DNA from: a virus
IMG/VR virus record: IMGVR_UViG_3300045988_042358
Coordinates: 1-59,894 of that record
Reading direction: 5' to 3' (one strand)
Length of the DNA stretch: 59,894 nt
The translations under genes and the position numbers were made by a program. Under the pieces are notes generated by a model. The model was not told where the DNA came from and searched no databases. It worked only from the letters and a program-made list of their open reading frames with translations. Positions 54,574 through 59,894 of the stretch are shown here, piece by piece; the stretch's first letter is position 1, and each line of letters starts with the position of its first letter.

Positions 54574-54939
54574 ATGAAAAAAATACAGTTATCAGACGAA
54601 AGTAAAAGCGTTTTGCACATTTTAACAAGGGAAGAATGGGAAAGAATACCGAACGATTACAAAACAAATTATATCATTGATTACACCAAAAAGGAAATAA
54701 TAGACAAAACAATCAAAAGTGCTTTCTTGCCTGGATATGGCACAACATTATTTTTTGAAAATAGACATTTTCTTATAGTTGACGACACGAAACCATTGAA
54801 AAAGTATGCTATATGGAGGAATCACGAGGTAATAGGATATTGCGAAATCGACAAGGCTACAGCGGACAAGGCAAACAGAGCAAGCAATGCATATTTTTAT
54901 TTTGGTTTTGACAAAGTAATAAGCCCAGAAAAATATTAA
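54574..54939 (+). CDS. hypothetical protein (moron island)
   Basis: Start at MKKIQLSDE after AAAGGTGG. Confidence 0.5.
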   Translation: MKKIQLSDESKSVLHILTREEWERIPNDYKTNYIIDYTKKEIIDKTIKSAFLPGYGTTLFFENRHFLIVDDTKPLKKYAIWRNHEVIGYCEIDKATADKANRASNAYFYFGFDKVISPEKY

Positions 54940-54945
54940 TTCTTT

Positions 54946-54996
54946 CCGTCATCCGTTTAGACGGTCGGCAGGGTTCAACGCCCTGCGGCGGTTTTT
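54946..54996 (+). terminator. tRNA acceptor/T-arm-like minihelix followed by a U-run (terminator mimic 2)
   Basis: CCGTC...GCAGGG-TTCAACG-CCCTGC-GGCGG-TTTTT. The outer stem closes with one G.U pair. Confidence 0.5.
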
Positions 54997-55015
54997 CCTG
55001 TAAAGGATATTACAA

Positions 55016-55074
55016 GCTAATAGCAATACAAATTAACAAGGGTATTTTAGCCGGTTCAATTCCGGCTATTAGCT
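55016..55074 (+). ncRNA. D-arm-less tRNA-like element
   Basis: Acceptor GCTAATA/TATTAGC (7 bp), T arm GCCGG-TTCAATT-CCGGC, and a central AATAC/GTATT hairpin. Only 27 nt between the acceptor and the T arm. Confidence 0.4.
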
Positions 55075-55392
55075 TTATATATAAGGCTTTTCAGGCTTTA
55101 TATTATCAATTTAATTATTTTATTTATAGGTGCTTTTATACGGCTTTACAACTGTATATATTGCACTCCGTCCGCGCGTCCGGTAAATAATCGCGCCAAG
55201 AGGTCTTATAAATGCCTTTATATTTATATCAGGCTCAAGAGGTGCAACACCTGAACAAATAATTGTGCGCCCTTTATAGGTGATTTGCGTTATTTTACAC
55301 CTAATAAAAACAGATTAACGCACGTATGAACCGCGAAAAGGTCAAAAAGCAACCTATAAACCACGCGCTAAAACAGAAAAGAGGGTTAATGA

Positions 55393-55662
55393 ATGGACAA
55401 CGAGTTAAAAAGTCTTGACGCTGTAGAAATGGAAATAAAAGCGCGCTACAACGGCAAATACAAGAGCGCGCCGGAATATCAGGCAAGCGAGCGCGCCACA
55501 CGCAAAGCGATAACAGATATTTTTAGAGCTGTCGCAGAGTCGGGCACGTGTGACGATATTACCGCGCTTATAAGTGGCAAGGAATACCGGCGGACGGCCT
55601 TTGCTAACTATCTACAGCACAAAAACTATATAAGCCCAATAATTAAGGCTTGTTATAGTTAG
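55393..55662 (+). CDS. hypothetical protein (moron island)
   Basis: 89-aa ORF in a locally CG-rich segment. Confidence 0.45.
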   Translation: MDNELKSLDAVEMEIKARYNGKYKSAPEYQASERATRKAITDIFRAVAESGTCDDITALISGKEYRRTAFANYLQHKNYISPIIKACYS

Positions 55663-55673
55663 GGGGGTGTATT

Positions 55674-55928
55674 ATGTCTAATTATGAGTATTTGGGGAAA
55701 AAGGAAATATATAAGCGTGTTCAGGCGCTGGGCTATGAAATGTCAAAAATAAGTGATTTTAGCTATATCAAATACGACTGCATGGAATGGATGGAGTCAC
55801 ACGAGCTTAAAATTACAGTTCAAAGGTGCGGTGAATGGTTGCAAGTTGTTGAAAAACGCGCGCACGTTCACCCGGTCACATTATTTTGTGACTATCAAGC
55901 TGGAAAATATATTACTTGTTATCATTAG
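55674..55928 (+). CDS. hypothetical protein (moron island)
   Basis: 84-aa ORF with a GGGGGG RBS. Confidence 0.45.
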   Translation: MSNYEYLGKKEIYKRVQALGYEMSKISDFSYIKYDCMEWMESHELKITVQRCGEWLQVVEKRAHVHPVTLFCDYQAGKYITCYH

Positions 55929-55950
55929 GGATATTTTTATATCCCTTTTT
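55928..55950 (+). terminator. intrinsic terminator of the plus-strand island
   Basis: GGGATAT-TTTT-ATATCCC-TTTTT. Confidence 0.75.
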
Positions 55951-56395
55951 GGCGTGCTGTCGAGCTGTCGCAAGTTGTCCGGCTATAAGTCCGGGTGCTG
56001 TAGTACATTGACAAATTAACAAAAATATTCTATGATTTTATGATATACACATTTGAAGCCGTGTATTTGACGTTTTAAGGGCTTTTAAACGTGCTAACAT
56101 GGATTTTATTAAGCGCACTAAAATAAGCCACAAAACAAGCCGTTTACAATGTCTAAAAATATAATTATAGCATTGCAAGCCGTCAAGCCGTGGCAAGTTG
56201 TGCCGGGTGCAATATCTAACAAGTCGGGCGCACCAACTCATGGAAAATGTTTGAATTTTCAGAAAACTTTACTCAATTAAAGTGCGGTGCGAGTTCTTTG
56301 CAAGTTCTCGACAAGTTTTTGTAAAATTTTGCGAACGGATTTTTGAAATCGAAAAACCCAAAAGGTAGGGGGGCACTTTTTTCATCCTAAAATTT

Positions 56396-56536
56396 TTAGG
56401 AATTTGAATTTTGAACTGCCAAAAAATAAATGCTCTTGGCACTGTAGTCACTCTCCCCTAGTTTCTCAATCAATTTCTGTCGTGTCATTTCCGGATTAGT
56501 CCGGTGTATGTATTCTAATAGTCTGTCTATTTTATC
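56396..56536 (-). CDS. hypothetical small protein
   Basis: Start at MDKIDRLLEY, overlapping the upstream stop. Confidence 0.35.
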   Translation of the reverse strand, partial: DKIDRLLEYIHRTNPEMTRQKLIEKLGESDYSAKSIYFLAVQNSNS

Positions 56537-56855
56537 CATATTTTTGCTCCAATAAATTAAATATTTTGTCGGCTGTGTATACAATATTCCGTCCGTACAA
56601 GCTCATAAAGTCTGCGATTATTTCCTCTGTCTCTATGTCAATGTCACAGCCGTATGAGAACGAGTACACATGCACTAGCTCGTGGCATAGTATCTTGTCG
56701 GCCATGTAATCAGACACATTATCAGCTATCGTCACTGTCTTGGTTGTGTTGTCGGTCACTCCTAAACTTATAGTGCCGTCTGACCGCTTTAATTCGCTTG
56801 ATGTGGGCTTTTTAAATTGTATGTGCCACAATATATCATTAACTCTTATATCCAT
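56532..56855 (-). CDS. putative zinc metallopeptidase (ImmA/IrrE- or SprT-like HExxH)
   Basis: ADKILCHELVHVYSFSYG. Confidence 0.5.
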   Translation of the reverse strand: MDIRVNDILWHIQFKKPTSSELKRSDGTISLGVTDNTTKTVTIADNVSDYMADKILCHELVHVYSFSYGCDIDIETEEIIADFMSLYGRNIVYTADKIFNLLEQKYG

Positions 56856-56907
56856 GCTTATACCCTCTAAAAATGGCTATGAGCATTACTACCCATAGCC
56901 TTAATAA

Positions 56908-57429
56908 TTACAGTTTTGACGCAAGATTGCTCATTTTGGTGCGTAAAAGGTTGCGTTCATCGGGTGTCATGTCATTTAAAAGCTCCGATATATCTCCGCT
57001 CAATTCACGGATATACATGTCAAGGGCTTTCATTTTATGCTCTTTATCCTCCGTAGAAGCTCCTTTGTGCATTTCTTTTGTCTCGGTATAATGTCTCTTT
57101 GCTCTGTCATAATTGCTTTCACTCACATGTGGTGCAATCGGTTCAGAGTAGTACATCTTACCTTGGCTCTTATCCATGTCACGCATATACTCCATGTCGT
57201 TGTAGTTTACTGGCATATGATACAGTGGCTCGGTGTACCTCCTGTAATCGTCTTTTGAATTTTCCATAGCTTCAACAATCAGATAGTCCTTGTCAAATTC
57301 TACGATATTCTTAACAATCTCGGTAAAATCCTTTAAATCGTCAAGGTTTTGCCCCTCAAAATTGTCAATTCCAATTCCGTCAACTTTAGCCTTGACGCAT
57401 TCCATTATCTGTTTAGCCCATTTATGCAT
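56908..57429 (-). CDS. hypothetical acidic protein
   Basis: 173-aa ORF. Confidence 0.45.
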   Translation of the reverse strand: MHKWAKQIMECVKAKVDGIGIDNFEGQNLDDLKDFTEIVKNIVEFDKDYLIVEAMENSKDDYRRYTEPLYHMPVNYNDMEYMRDMDKSQGKMYYSEPIAPHVSESNYDRAKRHYTETKEMHKGASTEDKEHKMKALDMYIRELSGDISELLNDMTPDERNLLRTKMSNLASKL

Positions 57430-57433
57430 ATCA

Positions 57434-57853
57434 TCAAGCCTCCCTTACTGCGATTAAGTTACTATTCTGTACTTCGATAGCCTGTGTCGATGTATTCTGC
57501 ACCGCTACAGTACTGCAACAGCCACAAGGTACATCAACGTATGCCTGAGCCGAAACGTTAAATAAATTTTGTACTGCTGCCGGAGTAACTATCATTCGTG
57601 TTGACTGTAAAGGCTCTCCGTCTACTGCAATGGCAAGCGAAATAGCTCCAACTGTACCGCCTGTAGGTATCTGAATGTTTCCACTATAAGATACTAAAAA
57701 TCTAGCTTTGCACTGATTAGTAATACCTCTTAACTTAATAATTCCGCTTCCCTGTCTGTGGACTATACATTTAGTTCCGCATACCGGTGTTTCTGTAAAT
57801 GCAACATCCTCTCCGGCGGCAACTGTTTGTAATGCAATTCCTGTTATTTCCAT
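57434..57853 (-). CDS. BclA C-terminal-domain-like (C1q/TNF-like jelly-roll) protein
   Basis: Start at MEITGIALQ. VAFTE...YSGNIQIPTGGTVGAISLAIAVDGEPLQSTRMIVTPAAVQNLFNVSAQAYVDVPCGCCSTVAVQNTS...VQNSNLIAVR fits the exosporium BclA-CTD pattern. Confidence 0.5.
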   Translation of the reverse strand: MEITGIALQTVAAGEDVAFTETPVCGTKCIVHRQGSGIIKLRGITNQCKARFLVSYSGNIQIPTGGTVGAISLAIAVDGEPLQSTRMIVTPAAVQNLFNVSAQAYVDVPCGCCSTVAVQNTSTQAIEVQNSNLIAVREA

Positions 57854-58039
57854 TATCTTTACCTCTCTTTCACAAAATAAGGGCAAACATTATAGTCTGC
57901 CCTTGGGTTATAAGTAATACTGCTTAGCAGACATAATCTCGACTAACTCTCGACTAAACTTGGACTAAGTCTCGACTAAAAATGGTTTTTAATCGGTTTA
58001 GATTGAGTTAACTCAATTAAGATACTCAATTATTCAGTT

Positions 58040-58813
58040 TTAGCATCCGCAACCTGTATTGCATCCGCATCCGTTATAAGCATATCCATAAAGGTTGCTT
58101 GCTGGGAATGATGGAACCGGTGTAGGTCTTACTGCATCAATAATCTGATTTGTCTGCGCTGCCATTGTAGTAGTCAGAAGCGCGTTCTGTCTATCCTGTG
58201 AAGCTGCTCTGCGTAAATCGTTGTTCTCTGCCTGTAAGGTTGCAATCTTGTCATTTGTCAGGAAGTCAAGAATAGCCCTCGTTCCCGCCTGTTGGCTGTC
58301 AATAATATCTCTTGTATTATTGTTCATTGTGTTCTGTAAAGCACAAGTGTTAGTAGCCATGTTGTAGTTTACACCTTGGATGGCTTCTCTTGTCTCGCAG
58401 CAGCAGTTAGCAAGCTGTGACTGTAAAGCGTTGGTATTCTGCATATTAGCAACTGTATCAGCGTTTACTGCCTGTTGTATGCCGTAGCCTGTCTGCATGA
58501 TATTTGTGTTAATACCATTAAAGCCTGTGAGCATACTGTTGTTCATAGCATAAAAGCCGTCACATAAGCCGTTTGATAATCCGTCAAGTTTTGAGATAAC
58601 TGCCTGATTGTCAAATCCTCTCTGAATTTCGCTTCCGACACCACCATTAGTGCCACCACCGAAGCCACCGAAGCCATTGCCCCAGCCTCCGAATATCGCA
58701 AATACTACGATAAGGAACCAAAGCCAAGAGCCGTCATTCCAGTTATTTCCGTTGTTGTTTCCGTCCAAATTTGCCACAATAGGTACGCTTGGACAATTTC
58801 CTGTGTTGAACAT
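58040..58813 (-). CDS. membrane-anchored Gly/Asn/Gln-rich protein with CCCE and a C-terminal NGCGCNTGCGC motif
   Basis: Start at MFNTGN after GGAGGT. TM segment WLWFLIVVFAIFGGW, followed by GNGFGGFGGG. Confidence 0.5.
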   Translation of the reverse strand: MFNTGNCPSVPIVANLDGNNNGNNWNDGSWLWFLIVVFAIFGGWGNGFGGFGGGTNGGVGSEIQRGFDNQAVISKLDGLSNGLCDGFYAMNNSMLTGFNGINTNIMQTGYGIQQAVNADTVANMQNTNALQSQLANCCCETREAIQGVNYNMATNTCALQNTMNNNTRDIIDSQQAGTRAILDFLTNDKIATLQAENNDLRRAASQDRQNALLTTTMAAQTNQIIDAVRPTPVPSFPASNLYGYAYNGCGCNTGCGC

Positions 58814-58869
58814 CTGTTTTACCTCCAAAATTTATTTCATAAAGAGCCGTGCGCACGTTCTCTAATATG

Positions 58870-59067
58870 CTATATCCCAAAATTACCTCTAATCTGCTTC
58901 ATTACATCATCAGGATTAATGCCTTTTTCTTTGCATAGGTTCCTTGCCATTTGCTCAATTCCCTTGCTGTTTCCGCTTTGAGCCATGCTCATTGCATTCT
59001 GAATCATTGGATTTCCCATTACGCGATTATTGCTCATTATCTGTTGCATTATTCCCATTACATTCAT
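58870..59067 (-). CDS. hypothetical Met/Asn/Gln-rich small protein
   Basis: 65-aa ORF with a 4-nt overlap on the upstream gene. Confidence 0.45.
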   Translation of the reverse strand: MNVMGIMQQIMSNNRVMGNPMIQNAMSMAQSGNSKGIEQMARNLCKEKGINPDDVMKQIRGNFGI

Positions 59068-59516
59068 GCTTTTTCACCCTCCTTTTGTGTTCGTGGAGTT
59101 TTTCTTTGTGCCCCTAAAGATAATTGCTCAATTTTCTCTGATAGTTCGTTGAGCTTTGCCATAATACCCTCTGTGGCTTTCTCTGATAGGTCAAATTCAA
59201 GCTTTTCCGTGCCACCTGATAAAATGTCTGTCTTATCATTCAAAACCGGCTTAAAAGTCAATGTGCGGATTGTTCCGTCAGTATTCCAACTCTTGGCATA
59301 TATCTCTGTTAAATCCTGTTTTGGGAAAAATGCTACACTGCCATCCATTGGCACCTCGTTGGGATTGATAGTCTCAACTGCCTGCACTACTCTGCCACTT
59401 ATGCCTTGTGTCGGTTCAGGCTGTTGGTATCTCTGATAGTTTGCCATTGGGTTGTACTGATACGCTCCATAGTTAGGTGTATAATTCATCATCGGTTGCT
59501 GATACGGCATGTTCAT
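59064..59516 (-). CDS. hypothetical protein with a Q/N/Y/P-rich N-terminus
   Basis: MNMPYQQPMMNYTPNYGAYQYNPMANYQRYQQP..., then a globular part. GGAGGA RBS. Confidence 0.5.
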   Translation of the reverse strand: MNMPYQQPMMNYTPNYGAYQYNPMANYQRYQQPEPTQGISGRVVQAVETINPNEVPMDGSVAFFPKQDLTEIYAKSWNTDGTIRTLTFKPVLNDKTDILSGGTEKLEFDLSEKATEGIMAKLNELSEKIEQLSLGAQRKTPRTQKEGEKA

Positions 59517-59634
59517 CTTTATTTTCCTCCAAAACTTCCTCTATCGCTTTAATGACAAGGGATAATGTCATTAGGTCGATTTTTTGTAACTCACTTTTTG
59601 CAAATATTTGTTCTCTTACTTCATCGTCAAACAT
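59473..59634 (-). CDS. hypothetical small acidic protein (53 aa, below the ORF-track cutoff)
   Basis: ATG 59634 lies 8 nt after AAGGAG. First gene after the terminator at 59667..59700. Confidence 0.35.
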   Translation of the reverse strand: MFDDEVREQIFAKSELQKIDLMTLSLVIKAIEEVLEENKDEHAVSATDDELYT

Positions 59635-59666
59635 AACATCATCTCCTTATGCCTAAATTGTGACAT

Positions 59667-59700
59667 AAAAAAAGAGAAGAGCATTTCCATGTTCTTCTCT
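59667..59700 (-). terminator. intrinsic terminator downstream of int (read across the circular junction)
   Basis: On the minus strand: AGAGAAGA-loop-TCTTCTCT followed by TTTTTTT. Confidence 0.65.
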
Positions 59701-59728
59701 AATTATTGTCATGCATAAGGTTTTTCCG

Positions 59729-59759
59729 TGTACCATTCATGTACCAATAGTGTACCATT
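59729..59759 (+). repeat. three direct TGTACCAWT copies with 11-bp phasing; putative integrase arm-type sites (distal attP arm)
   Basis: Copies at 59729, 59740 and 59751. Same orientation and core as 129..149. Confidence 0.5.
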
Positions 59760-59839
59760 TTTTATTTATTTATGTGAATATATAACGAATTATATAAAAT
59801 TAAGATTTCATGCGAAACATCGTAAAATTAAGGTATGTT

Positions 59840-59894
59840 GCGGTTTATGAGGATATAATGAACTATGTTAAATACCCCTCGTAGCAACGATTCC
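59840..59894. repeat. 55-bp terminal direct repeat, identical to 1..55
   Basis: Exact duplicate of the first 55 bases. Confidence 0.9.

Noticed and set aside
56038-56451. Two minus-strand ORFs of 67 and 60 aa.
   Set aside because: They have no RBS and Arg/Leu/Cys-rich odd composition. They lie in a repeat-bearing region downstream of a plus-strand promoter.

Overview
The window is a complete, circularly closed temperate siphovirus-type phage genome of about 59.84 kb. The first 55 bases recur exactly as the last 55, which looks like an assembly overlap. The sequence is AT-rich. The gene content (XkdX-like protein, TcdE-type holin, GH25 lysin, BclA-CTD-like protein) suggests a Firmicutes/Clostridia host, but that is inference. 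Nearly all genes are on the minus strand.

Modules, read in the minus direction:
- A low-complexity accessory module and a plus-strand moron island (59.6-53.6 kb).
- A TerS-like gene, a DUF3310 gene and a tRNA-bearing ORF-free block (52.6-50.2 kb).
- About 25 small, mostly Cys-rich genes (50.1-44.1 kb).
- TerL, portal, MuF-like protein, scaffold and gpE-like capsid (44.0-37.2 kb).
- Connector genes interrupted by a holin pair, then the major tail protein and G/GT chaperones with a canonical U_UUU_UUA -1 slip site.
- A GH25 endolysin, then a tape measure gene split by an apparent group I intron.
- Tail fibre genes and a diversity-generating retroelement (24.1-21.4 kb).
- A cI/cro-type switch (20.4-19.2 kb).
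- An early module (19.2-1.4 kb): Bro antirepressor, SbcC-like ATPase, RecT, MBL nuclease, SSB, PAPS-reductase-like gene, replisome organizer and helicase loader, YopX, HNH and GIY-YIG nucleases, and a methyltransferase-like gene.
- The integrase with a putative attP.

The most notable observations:
1. An apparently Avd-less DGR. Its TR and VR differ only at 7 TR adenines.
2. A perfect (ACAG)14 microsatellite that frameshifts the PAPS-reductase-like gene.
3. A G8 tract that frameshifts a C5-methyltransferase-like gene.
4. A 302-nt intron-like insert in the tape measure gene with a contiguous P1/P10 guide sequence.
5. A 760-nt ORF-free, highly structured block with tRNA-Gln and tRNA-like elements.
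6. Three tRNA acceptor/T-arm mimic hairpins that end plus-strand moron genes.

All family assignments come from motif recognition by eye. No searches were run.
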